In this document: positions 11,930 to 24,590 of the stretch, one piece after another
Position numbering within the stretch: the first letter of the stretch is position 1
Layout of the letters: each line of letters opens with the position of its first letter
From: Octopus vulgaris
Lineage: Eukaryota
Length of the DNA: 64,000 nucleotides
Assembly: GCA_951406725.2 (NCBI GenBank)
Contig: OX597814.1
Coordinates: 117,552,001-117,616,000 of the forward strand
Direction of reading: 5' to 3'
Notes under the pieces: model-generated
What the model saw: the letters and a program-made list of their open reading frames with translations, nothing else
The model's database searches: none
Told to the model about the DNA's origin: nothing
Translations under genes and position numbers: made by a program

Positions 11930-12765
11930 TGACATTGTAATGTACAAGGAAATTAATTTTGAGGGTAAACAAGTCTTCATATTCTATATCATTAAAATTA
12001 TGGCTAATATACGTATATATATACACGCACAGAAACACAAACTGACATGTACGCTGACACATACATTCATATATAGACACACCACATGAGCACACTAATA
12101 CAAACGCGCAGTAACGTGTGCACGCACACACATACGCTCACTTGTTTCTAGTTAGTTCTGTACCGAGTACGAATTTAAAGCTCTTAAAATCAATTTTAAA
12201 TTATTTTACACTTATTTCTTAAATGTTTTAGAATGTATTTCGCCCCGACATTTTAAGGATTAATTAATTTGAGCATATCATTTATCAATGCAGAGCTATA
12301 AATTACGATATAATTTGAACTCTATGCTAAAGAAATCAAATTAAATCATATAGTTTATTCAATTATTTTTATAATCACCTTTACATTAATTTATATTTCG
12401 CTTACATTTAATGCTTAAGTATATGAACTCATTGATACGAACAACTTTTATTCGTGTACGTATATTCTTATATATGCGTGGGGACGGACCAGAAAATCAT
12501 ATCGAAATAATTATGATTTAATTTATGTTTTTATGCTTGTCAGCACAGGGTTCCTTGATACGCATATGGCAGAATATCCTATAAAATCTACTAAAATGTA
12601 TTAAATCTATTAGAGATTATACACTATTTATAATAATATATCATAATATTATGACAAACAACTTTTCAGAAATCCATATTGTTTTGGGGAATCTAAAATA
12701 ACCAGTGATTATTCGTGTCATTTACGCATAAAAGAAACGTCATATTTACTGAATATGTTACTCAC

Positions 12766-12957
12766 CTTCTGTCAAACATATTGGTCAAAATAAGTCTGTA
12801 GATATTCCGTGAAACTATTGACAGGTTCTTGTTTCCTGTTGTGTTTACTATATGACTGCTTATTTATTTATGTACAAACATGATTCTAATAAACATAAAT
12901 TCCTGTCAAGATGAATATTATTATGCCTCGGTGTTGTTGCTTTCTACAGTATATCAC
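12766..12957 (-). other. Candidate 192-nt host exon (mostly non-coding / 5' UTR-like)
   Basis: Strong acceptor ttttacttacag|G and strong donor AGAAG|gtgagt around unique sequence. Stops in all three frames, but the exon ends in ATG TTT GAC AGA AG. Confidence 0.35.
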
Positions 12958-14162
12958 CTGTAAGTAAAATATTAAAAATGCTATTTTGAGTTAATAATAC
13001 TTCCGTCACAATGAATAATTTATTCAGCATAATTTAGTCACACGCATGTTATAGTGTTTCATATTACTATAACAACGTTACGGTTTTAATATTCCACCGC
13101 ATAAATTCTGATCAAATATGATTCAAAACTGAACACACTTTTTATGAAGAGGGACAGAAATCTGGCATATTTAATTTGAGGGCTGCTTGCCAAGTATTCT
13201 TAGGGATTTGAGACCAATTAAATGCCTTTGGATTGTAAAGACAAAGCCGTTTTATAGCTTATGGGACTAATACTTTTGTATTGATGCTGCTGTGTGCAAA
13301 TGCTACTTGCTGATAAGAAAATTATCATAAAAGGTCCTTAAATCATCAGAATATACTTTTATACAGAAGTAAATCACAATTTTGCAATGGGTGAATAACT
13401 TTCACCAAAACGTTTTGACGGAAAGGGAATTTTCTGCCAAATTAATAGTCAAAATCATTGCTATTTAAAGAAGTAAGTATTTCATAAAGTTTGATATAAA
13501 CACTAGACCACGCTGGATTAAAATAAACATGATAATGCATACTTTCCACATTTTCACTAGATTTAGCTGCCAAAAATTTACCAGTGTCTAAAGTTTCTTA
13601 TTTCCTCTGAAATGCTGTAGCGTACTGCCCATGATATTTCGATTGATTAAACAACTTCCAAAAACGAAATAGCTGACTTCCAAAAAGCATATGTAAACAT
13701 GAGATATTCTGCTAGCAAAATATATATTACGTGATTGGAATGGCATTTTATGGCAATGTTTTTTTTTAAATGATTTATACTTCAACGAAGTAAAACTCGA
13801 AAACTTGATGTTGCTACGTGAAGTTTTCGTCTGAATCATGAATTTAACAAAATTAAAAATTGCATTTACTGCAAGAAAACAGGAATCGAGAATTAAAATT
13901 CTCAAAATCTCTTTTATGTTTTACCGCATTAAGAAATTCTAATACAAGTTTGAGTTTGACAGAAAATGTTTGGCGTACATGTATAAGTATAAGTCAGAAG
14001 GAATCGAAGAAAAACACGAGTGAAAACTATAATAAATTTAAGAATTATATGTAGGCAACAAGACTGAATGAAAGCTGAAAGCATCAATTTATGTTGTGTG
14101 CAATATACATATTAAATCTAATTTCCCTTAACTAGAAATACACATACACACACACACACACA

Positions 14163-14221
<59 letters not shown>

Positions 14222-15212
14222 TTATGAATAATGGCCGTTCCATACTTTTCTTTCATTAGAGCAAATTCAGCTTACAGCTGTTTCCTGTAATGATTATAGA
14301 TAAATTACAGTTAGGTTTATAGTTTTACACACTCGATCAACTGAGGAAAATTGAACGACCTAAAAAAAGTAATACTACTTTCCTTGGAGTCATTCCTGGT
14401 TATAACAAAGCAGAGCACAGAAGGAATGGTGAGTAGATAGGACAGGGGGGATAAGATGGAAAGATGCAAGTAAACCAGAGAAAATAGGAAGACAAGAAAA
14501 GGGCATTCACAAAACAGTGTTTGTAGACTGATCAACACACACGAACATATTACCATGTGTTTTAAGTTATTCTCTAAATGTTCTCTGGAAATTTGATATG
14601 CACCATTTATACACAAACACTAATGTCTTATGACTATCTTTTTCCAAAATTTTTGCCATCCTATACTCTTACATTTATTAATTGAATTCTACCTCTAGCC
14701 TATCCTTAATACTCTTCATCTCTTTGTAAATGCCTAGACGAGACATTTGAAAAATACCACAAATATATTTTGTAGAACTGCACATGAGTTGTCTTTCGGG
14801 AAAACGTTTCTGTCTATAGTCTTGTAAAATATGTTTTGAAATACGACAGACGACGCTGAAGATTTACAGACACTTGCATCTTGTATTTTACATCTTGATT
14901 TCTCATTTTGCAAGTATTAAGAATGAAATCCTGATACGTAGGTAATTATTATATTTTATAATTTTTTATTTAAATTGCTTATTTGTTACATTTTGGCGTT
15001 TACTGAATTTATTGTTTGAGAACACACTCTTTGTGGTAAGGCGATAGGACGTCTATTACTAGCGTATAGGATTCCACTTTAGTGGTCATTCCTCTTAATA
15101 ATTGTAAGATAATTTTGAAATCCTCGATTTTCTAAAATATGCTAGACCACTGGTTTAAATTGATATTAATTGATTGGTATCAATTTCTACCATCATTATT
15201 TTAATATATATA

Positions 15213-15267
<55 letters not shown>

Positions 15268-15432
15268 AAGTATATTTGCGACCTAAATGTAGCTGACCTA
15301 TATTGGACGATGCTACTGTAGTTTATAGCCCCAGGAAGACATATCCTCCACCTGGCTAATGACAGACTGTACCCTATCAGCATTTGCAGTATTTGCAAAA
15401 GGAAAATTTCGTTCCCATCCCTCAGGCTAGGG

Positions 15433-15477
<45 letters not shown>

Positions 15478-15485
15478 TATATATG

Positions 15486-15535
<50 letters not shown>

Positions 15536-15537
<2 letters not shown>

Positions 15538-16008
15538 AATTTTTGGCGTAATGAGATAAAAAAAACCAAGGCTGTGTAGATAGAATATTTATAGATAGAA
15601 GGTCTTGCAGCTGATTCCAGGATATTTGTTAATTACATCCCTTCATCTGAGACGGTGTGAGAGGATGATTATGTCATAGTTAGTTTAGACGTGTATTACA
15701 TCTAAACTATGACTTAATCATCCTCTCACACCGGCTCCGATGAAGATATTATTAATAAATATCCTGGAAACAGCTGTAAGACCTTATATCTATAAATATT
15801 ATAATATCTACACACCCTTGTTTTTTTATCTCATTGCGCAAACCTTTCTCATATACACAAACCGATATAGAACCAACGTTTGAACCCCTTATTCGCAAAA
15901 TTACCGAATCTGGAACTTAACTATGGTCTGTCTATAGCACTTATTCAGCACTACCTGACACCTTTTGGTCTCAATAACACCATTATATCTTATAACCTCA
16001 ACTTCTCG

Positions 16009-16010
<2 letters not shown>
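15536..16010. mobile_element. Fold-back HHR element (arms ~15536-15689 and 15701-15850) plus a one-sided ~160-bp tail, between two (TA)n tracts
   Basis: Arms are reverse complements around an ~11-nt loop. Right arm 15733-15783 reads ggct-ccGATGA...atcctg-GAAA-cagct-GTA-agac. Confidence 0.85.
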
Positions 16011-16049
<39 letters not shown>

Positions 16050-17432
16050 GGTTAATTTTACATCGATGGGTCATCGTAAGTCTGCCAAATCATTTGAGTC
16101 ATTTAGAAATAAAAATAAAAGTTTCCAAACATCTCAGTAAATTAATCTGGACTGTTGAAGATAGAAACAAAAAGTATACAATCAACTGGAAATTTATTTG
16201 TACTGCAAACCATATAGACTGGAACTAAAAAATATGACATAGTTTAGAAGAAACGTTTCTAGACTTTTACATCGTAATAAACTTTAGTGGGGAACAAGCT
16301 TTGAGATTGTATTGGTTACATATAATCAGTTCAAGGTGCTGATGTGGATGCGTGTACATTATTACAAGAGTTCATACAGATGATAGAATCTAGTTGAATG
16401 AAGTAATCTACGCAAGAATTTTCAGAGATAGAAAATGTACAGATATTTCAACGATAGCTAAATTTAGAAATACGTGATGTTTTTTCAGTCATGTGGCTTA
16501 GAGAACTAGACGGACATAGCAATGGCGTGAATGGTTATACATCTAATCGACTAAGAAGCGAATAACAGGTTTAGCACGCTGTTTTTTATTAATTGAAAGC
16601 TAGACATTCTAGAAACATCAAGTGAATTGCTAAGCTTCTTTAACGATTAAGAAACACGTCTCATGACACAGATGCTTCGAGATACTTAGTAAAGGGATGT
16701 TACTCTATATTCTTTCTTGCAAGGGAGATCATTCAACTATTTAGCTACGCAGACCACTAACGTAGGCTAGTGAGGCTAACGTAGGTTACGTGGTTCCATA
16801 TTGGGGCCAAACATCTTTCAACGACGTCATTTTCGGCATCCATAACTCTTTTTTTTTTTAAGGTTGTAAATTTTATACACAACCGTTCGCACATTTGTTT
16901 ATTGCACTGTCTCTGGAGGAGGCAGTAGTTTTGTGTTGCTACCACTTTTCCTGATTAAATTACGAAAGTTAAACGGTTGCTCCATTTTTACCTCCATTTC
17001 CGTTACATTGCCACCTACAGCGGCAGAAAACCTGTGTCTTTCCTTTTCTTGTTTTTTTGTTTCACCTACATTTTCAGTGGTATTACGTTTTCCCTTTCGT
17101 TGATGCAATATTAAATTCCATCATATACCTTTTTCTTAAATTGCCAAAAATGAATAAATGACAAATGAAATACACTACCCAGCAACGGGTAAAGAAAAAG
17201 TTCAGCAATAGTAAATTTGTTTTTCTACAATATTTTTAAAACAGAATTTTCTTCTCCGTAGGCCGCAAATAGCATGAAGGACAACAATTCAGTTCAAACC
17301 AAAATACACACAAAAATACGAACTCACATAACTTTGGTAACAACAAATTACGACGCAAAAATCTGAGTCTGCAAGAGATGATAGTAGCTTGCTTCTGCTC
17401 ACGATATATACATACATACATACATACATACA

Positions 17433-17466
<34 letters not shown>

Positions 17467-17467
17467 A

Positions 17468-17531
<64 letters not shown>

Positions 17532-18350
17532 CAAGCGAACACAGTCACTTATTTTGCAACAAGTAAAAAATGCTAGCTCTAAAATATACATACATACCTA
17601 GCTACATACATACATACATATATTCATACTTACATACATACATACATAACCCCCACACACACACACACACGCATACACATACACACATCAATGCATTGAA
17701 CTTGAAATTTAACTTTTATGAAACAGATTGATATCTATATAAATGCATGTGTACATATATGTGATAATGAATATATATATATATGTATATGTAAGTCTGT
17801 GTATTTGTGTGTGTCTGTGTGTTTGTTTTTGTGTGTGCATGTGTATATAAATTTCATGTAACGCATTGTATATGGTGCGTATATTTGGGCATTGATTTTA
17901 GAGATAGATTGTTATAATCTGTTTCTGACTTATTTTCATTTTCGTAAATGCGATGCAACAAGGAACTTCAAATGTAAAACTGTTTGTTCATTAATAGCCT
18001 GCTATATTGAAAACCGCGCATTTAGCATATCACCATAATATGCAAATCTATTAGATTCTAACAGTCTTCAAATGACATAACTTAGTTATGTATGTTAGCC
18101 TCCTGTGGATTTTCATATATTTCAAACAACAGAGTTCGTTTGTATAATTGAATAGATGGAATATAATGTGATTATGCTAATGGGTGTGAATCGAGTGGAA
18201 TACATCATACAATTTTCATAATCAGAACTTAACAACTATATACGGCTTAACCAAAAACTCTCTTTAGTATATTAATACTTAGACGAACTATGAATACGCT
18301 GCGTATAACACTGTTACAATAGATATTTAATACTACTTCAAATATACACA

Positions 18351-18476
18351 CATATACATTATTTACATTTGACGAATTTTGTTAACATAACGTTTCGGCT
18401 GATATAAGCTCCAGGATTCATCAGGTGTCTTGGGGAAATTTCAAACCTCAGTTCTCAATCCTAAGACATTTTTCGA

Positions 18477-18514
<38 letters not shown>

Positions 18515-18670
18515 TCACTGCCTGGAATCGAACTGGGAATTTTGCGGTTAGTAGCCCGCGCTCTTAACCAATATGCCATATGGCCATGGGTGATCATAAA
18601 GCGTTAAAAACCAACAAGATGAGGACAAACATTCGTCAAATATAAATAATATACATAATTCCTCATCTCA
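18351..18670 (-). mobile_element. tRNA-headed element with HHR tail and an inverted copy of the tail
   Basis: tRNA-like head 18521-18585 (tggcatattggttaagagcg...agttcgattccagg), (AAT)n, HHR 18384-18429 (gacac-CTGATGA-atcctgg...cagcc-GAAA-cgtt-atgtt). Segment 18602-18658 is the 3' tail in inverted orientation. Confidence 0.75.
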
Positions 18671-19055
18671 TAAATGTAGAAATATACACAAATATGCCTT
18701 ACAATGCTCAATAGTAAAATGAAAGATATTTCGAATGTTATAACTATCAGTTACCAACGTTGTAACATTGTAGTTAGAATTTTCCAACATTCGTTGATTT
18801 TTCGCATCAATGACTGATATTTCAATTGTGTAGACACTGACAATGAAAACTTCTTGCTTCCTACTTTGCTTCATGCTTCCGATTCTGAATTTTCTACTGC
18901 AAGGTTATCCCTTTAAGGATAAATAGTTTTCCACTTTTCATCTTTTCTATATCATCTATATACTTTATTAGATATTAGCAGTAATACCCGTCATTGGCCG
19001 GATAATTACTGTTACCCTTTCTCGGGAGCCGCATTCAAAGTGTTATTATATATAG

Positions 19056-19117
<62 letters not shown>

Positions 19118-19119
<2 letters not shown>

Positions 19120-19507
19120 TTACAAATATAATTATTTACTCCACCTGTATGTGTGTATTTTATAAGAAAAAACATGTTATAATTATTGTAAAAGAAGAAA
19201 TTTCAATTTCATACACGAACTTCTGCTTGTTTATTATATGACAATAATATATTGCAACTGTTATTTTGTATATCAATACACTAATGGCAATTATATAACA
19301 CACAGGGCGTTGGTGCTGCATATTGGGACTGAACGCCAAGGCGACATGTTTGGAAAGCAAGCTTCTGAACTGGTCAGTCACGCCTATGAAGGAGAGATAC
19401 ATTCTGGATAATGAACTCCTTGATACAGTGTGCTTATCAGAAAGATGGGGTGTTTACGGCGAGAAGACTTTTGATTTTACTATTTACTCGAGCAACGCAA
19501 CAACTAG
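19118..19507 (+). mobile_element. Possible decayed non-autonomous Helitron-like element containing a degenerate SINE head
   Basis: Begins a|tctt after (TA)n and ends cgagcaacgc...actag|t. tRNA-like remnant at ~19300-19385 on minus. Confidence 0.3.
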
Positions 19508-21696
19508 TAACACTACACCATATAGAATTTGACTATCTGGTTTAATAAAATTGGGAAAATTTCAAAAAAAAAAATTACAGAATTTTATGTTTATTGTCAA
19601 AACAAATAGATTTATAAATCTTATGTCAAACATTTATTGAAAAATTTCAACATGGTTGTATCCCTGCATACTACTCATCTCTCCTCAGCGTTGTGAAACA
19701 CGTATTGAAGCATTTCAGGAGCTAAATCATGCCCTGCTAACTGAATGTGTTCTTTAAGCTCAGCTAAAGGATTGCTCCAACTTGGAGATGGAAGTAAAGA
19801 AAATAATTGCTGCCAAACTGAAAACAAAGCTGCCATGGTCAAATAAGAGGTATCCGACAGAAATGAAAATAAGATTAGAAGCTAAATTCAAAATTTAGAC
19901 ACTTTTAAGACATATTAAACATGATAAACATAAATAAAAGTGAGTGTTAATAAAGAGCATCTGATTTCACACAAATCACCATTCATTGCGGGACATGCTG
20001 TATTTCCTCGTCCAACTAAACGGGGGAGGGAAAACAGGCGGGGGACTAGTTGCAGGTGGCGAGCGTAGCTTCCGGAAGTAGTCATGCGGTCAAACTGAAA
20101 TGCCTGTGAACCACAACAGCAGTTTGGTTTTTGTATGGATATTTTGCATTATATAGTTCAGACAGGGATGGCATAGAGAACAAACATGCTACCGGGCTAT
20201 GCTGCGTTGCACATGATTGGAAACGTGAAACACCAACAGGGCACTTCTGGAGAATGGAAGAATGGGTTTGTTGCGCCTTTATCCAGCCGCACACACATGC
20301 ACATGGCGGTGCGCGGGATAATAACATGAAGCATCAAAACGGCGCGACAAAAAAGTTTAATATTCACATTCCCTCTACCAAATTGGAAAGAAACGTTTAC
20401 ATGAAATATTACAGGCTACTTATGATACATAAGTAGTGTCAATATTTTATCATCGGAATATGGTTTAAAACAAAGATAAAAACCAATACAATATACTCAA
20501 ATCGTATTAATCTGAAAATTTGGTAAGCCCATAGCCGCAGTCGGATATTTGTTTTAGCCAACAACAATTTCAGGTGCCTAATTAATTTATGTTGCAAATT
20601 TGGAAGAAAGTGTCTGGATACTCTTAACGCTACGGGTCTCAACGCTGCGGAAATTCTTTAAGAAATGTGGTTTATCTGCCGCTGTGCCCGTATTCGGCAA
20701 GACGTTGAAAGTGTTTTTGACCCATGATAATCCATGGACCCTATGTAATGCATGTGTAAAATTTCATTCAAATCAGTTGGGTGGATATCGAGTTTTAACG
20801 AGATGACAAATACACAGACACACATCCGGTGTTTTATATATATATATATAGATTTTCCTTTACTTTCGCTTTCCTGTGTGTGTTAATTTTGATGTATATC
20901 TTTCGACATGAACAATGGATATATATATATGCTTTACGTTGTACGCCACCATTTTGCAGAGCGAGAGACAGACAGACAGACAGAGACAGACAGAGGGGGC
21001 ACAGAGAGAGAGAGAGTGTGTGTGTTGCTGTTCCGTGCTGTTTGAGGAGGGTTTTTTAAAATCAATTTCCATTTAGTCTCTGAAGGTTTAACCTAGAGGA
21101 GCAACAATGCTTATTGTAGGGTGCATATTTACGTCTTTGCTTGCACTTTAAAATGTGTGTTATGACAGATTATGACCTGAAATAATTATAGATGTTACAT
21201 GCGCTGAGACTCTGTGAATGTAGTGTAACGTAATTAAACATGACCGACTTTCTCGAAAGCGTAAACTTTAAATAAAGTACAAATATTGATTATGCTTTCT
21301 GCGCTCCTTTTCGTCACATCGTGCAAAACCACATATATAGCCTCGCCGAAATATGGAGCTCGTTGTCGAATTCCAACGAAACTAAAAACAACCAAGCAAA
21401 AACCTTTCGTTGATGATTCAAACATAGTACCCTTCACTTCATATTTACATATTTTCATATGTATATATCGGATATGCAAATACTTTTAAAATAACTCTGA
21501 TCGAGCTCTGCATAGTTACTGACTGTCTTGGCAGGGCATAGAGCCCGTTCGGTCAATCTGAAGGTAGAGGGCGAGGCCATGAAACTGCAGCATAGCCGAT
21601 TGGAAAGAGATCGCTGAAGAGCTCAACTGGGTCAACACTGTCCCTTACATTCATAGTGAGCGGATGAATCCTAGATCAACGATCACGATTACGAAT

Positions 21697-22083
21697 GTGT
21701 GGTAAGTAGCTTGCTAACCAACCACATGGTTCCGGGTTCAGTCCCACTGCGTGGCATCATCGGCAAGTGTCTTCTGCTATAGCCCCGGGCCGACCAATGC
21801 CTTGTGAGTGGATTTGGTAGACGGAAACTGAAAGAAGCCTGTCGTATATATGTATATATATATGTATGTGTGTGTGTGTGTTTGTGTTTGTCCCCCTAGG
21901 ATTGCTTGACCACCGATGCTGGTGTGTTTACGTCCCCGTCACTTAGCGGTTCGGCAAAAGAGACACATAGAATAAGTACTGGGCTTACAAAGAATAAGTT
22001 CCGGGGTCGATTTGCTCGACTAAAGGTGGTGCTCCAGCATGGCCGTAGTCAAATGACTGAAACAAGTAAAAGAGTAAAAGAGA
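21697..22083 (+). mobile_element. tRNA-derived SINE family B with internal (TA)/(TG) tract and (TAAAAGAG)n tail
   Basis: gtgtggtaagtagcttgct...gggttcagtccc head; tail gaaacaagtaaaagagtaaaagag. Copies at 54222 and 62143. Confidence 0.9.
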
Positions 22084-22248
22084 AAGTATACTAAATGATT
22101 CACTATAACTCAGGCTCCCCATTCAAATTCACAATACAGGATTTGGACGATGATTAAGTCATGGAAATGTGCGAAAGCAGAGGATGCACACACACCCTCA
22201 CACACATACGCGCAAACACAAACCGACCCTCCACACATATAGATACAT

Positions 22249-22344
<96 letters not shown>

Positions 22345-22382
22345 TGATCAAAATAAAATAAAAACATGATGCGAAGGATTCA

Positions 22383-22460
22383 GCGGTACATATGTTTCGG
22401 GCCTTTATTAGACATATTTATAACAATGCATAATGTATGTCTGTGGCCTTCTTCAGCCGC
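22383..22460 (-). ncRNA. Type I hammerhead ribozyme, left arm
   Basis: gcgg-CTGAAGA-aggcc.acagac...gtct..aggccc-GAAA-catat-GTA-ccgc. Confidence 0.85.
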
Positions 22461-24223
22461 GCACAACATCTTCCACAAGGACATGTGTTACATCAAAAAT
22501 TCTTGGTTGGGGATGCAAATCCTCTCATTCGCGTACGACATAATGCGGCAGCAGCATAGAATTGAAGCGTCCATCTCTTTCTTCTCTCAATGTAGAATGA
22601 GGAAAACTGGATGTTGAGGTAATGTAAATAAATAAATACATATATAGACGTGAAGATGGAGGGGCGAGAATTCGGGATCAGGGATAAAAAATGTATAAAA
22701 GGTGTAAGTATAGAAAAATATAAAAATGTAGAGCATAAAGATATAAAGAGTTATAAGGAGATGTAAAGGGGGTATAAAGAATATAAAGAAATATAAATAA
22801 ATATAAATAAATGTAAAGGCATAAGGTTATAAAGTAAAAATAGAAATAGAAATAAAGGTAAAAAAACATGATAAAAGCATGATAAAAATGTAAAAGAATG
22901 TAAAGATAAGGGATGTATAGAGGTTACGGACCAAGCATGGTGGTCAGGAGATTGATAAAATTTAGTTGTAGAATTGTCAGTAAATCAACAGTTTCGTCTG
23001 GGGACCTAATGTGTTGTAAATCAGAGCTGATGAGCATTTAATCTGGTTCCTTGAATTAAATGGACTTCTAGTACATGCATATCATCATGGATACATACAC
23101 CCACATACCCGCGTACATATACGGCTCTAAGCCTATAAGCATACACACGCACTCGCGTGTAAACATGTACATAAACACACACGCACCCACACGCACGCGC
23201 GTACACATACATACATACAACAGAATATCCGCATGTATACACGGACACTATACGCGTACACACTCACATGTACATACGCGCGCCCATCCCTACATACACA
23301 CACTATGCCCACGCCTCTAGGTCTAGATATAAGATATTAAAGGATGTATATAAGAACGTATGTAAAAAGTCACGTACTCATGTCTATACGTGCACGCACA
23401 CACGGCTGTGTGTCCGCATGCGCGTGCACATATACACTCACATACACACACAGAGACACACGCGCACATGGGTATAGCTATAAGATATCGAAATATGTAT
23501 GTACATATATGCGCGTGCATATGTATGTATGCGTATACACACGTACGCGGACGCTCGTATAGTCAAAAAGTGGATCCATAGGTAAGTAAATAAACATATA
23601 TAGAGGTGTAAAGCGATAAGTTAGGGGTAAGAATGAGGGTAAGGGTAAAAATTAGAAATAAAAAATACAGTATAAAATAAGAAATACAATGTAATAGTTA
23701 GAAATGAAATATAAGAATTATAAAAATTATAAGAGTTAGGGGTATAGCTATAAGATATCGAAATATGTATGTACATATATGGGATGAAAATAAAAATGAG
23801 AATAAATGGAAGTAGAATAAAAGTAAAAATAAAAATAAATGGAAGTAGGATAAAAGTAAAAATAAAAGTAAAAATAAAAATAAAATAAAATAAGATAAAA
23901 ATATAATTTGGTAAAGTTTAACATGAGATGAAGGTGGTTGAAAGTTAGAGGTGTGTGTTAAACGTAGGGGCGGGCGGGGGGAACTGAAAGTTGGAAGGGT
24001 GGGAAGTGGAGTTTGGCGGTGTGCGTTCAACATCCGAGTTAGAAATGTGAAAGGGTATAGATATAGGGAATTAAAGAGACTATATAGGGAGGGTATGGGT
24101 GTAGGAGAAGAAATATTTAGGGAAAAGAAGTCATATATGGGAGACAAAATTTGTATATATAGGAGGAAAATGCAGGGAACCGTATATGCACATACACCCC
24201 CCCCCACACACACACACACACGC

Positions 24224-24260
<37 letters not shown>

Positions 24261-24398
24261 CACGTACAAGTGTGTGCACATACACATACATACACACACA
24301 CATACGCATATACACGCACATATAGGAAAGCGGGATGTGCTGGAGCCGATAGGTTGCACCGGGTGGGAGGAAATTGCATGGGGGAGTTGGTATAAGAC

Positions 24399-24590
24399 CT
24401 AAGCTTTGTAGTATTTGAAAGTATTAATAAGTTTGCGTATACAGGATGGTTTGAACTCTGACCTTTTGTTAATAAGATTGTGTTTGTCTTTGAATTTCAA
24501 GATGTTCAGGAGTTCTACACAACATAGTTGGCATCCTGCTCTATTATTTAAATAAGGTGCAGCTGATCCGATGATGGACCATCTGAGTTT
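24399..24590 (-). pseudogene. C-terminal fragment of PLE GIY-YIG endonuclease (Naiad-like)
   Basis: KLRWSIIGSAAPYLNNRAGCQLCCVELLNIL...LINKRSEFKPSC matches the W.I...PY...C.LC..E..I...N.R.E...C pattern. Truncated exactly at the inversion junction. Confidence 0.8.

Noticed and set aside
20020-20090. GC-rich patch with palindromic cttccggaag (ETS-like) as a promoter
   Set aside because: A short motif with no linked exon; it may belong to a repeat, as a Helitron-like end lies at ~20720-20853.
23027-23070. CTGATGA followed by a hairpin (catttaat...attaaatg) within the giant repeat arms
   Set aside because: No GAAA box after the hairpin, and it is antisense to the element.
24320-24590. Selenoprotein/SECIS signature known from some Naiad PLEs
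   Set aside because: Conserved Cys positions here and at ~10330 use TGT/TGC, there is no in-frame TGA, and no convincing SECIS was seen after the stop.
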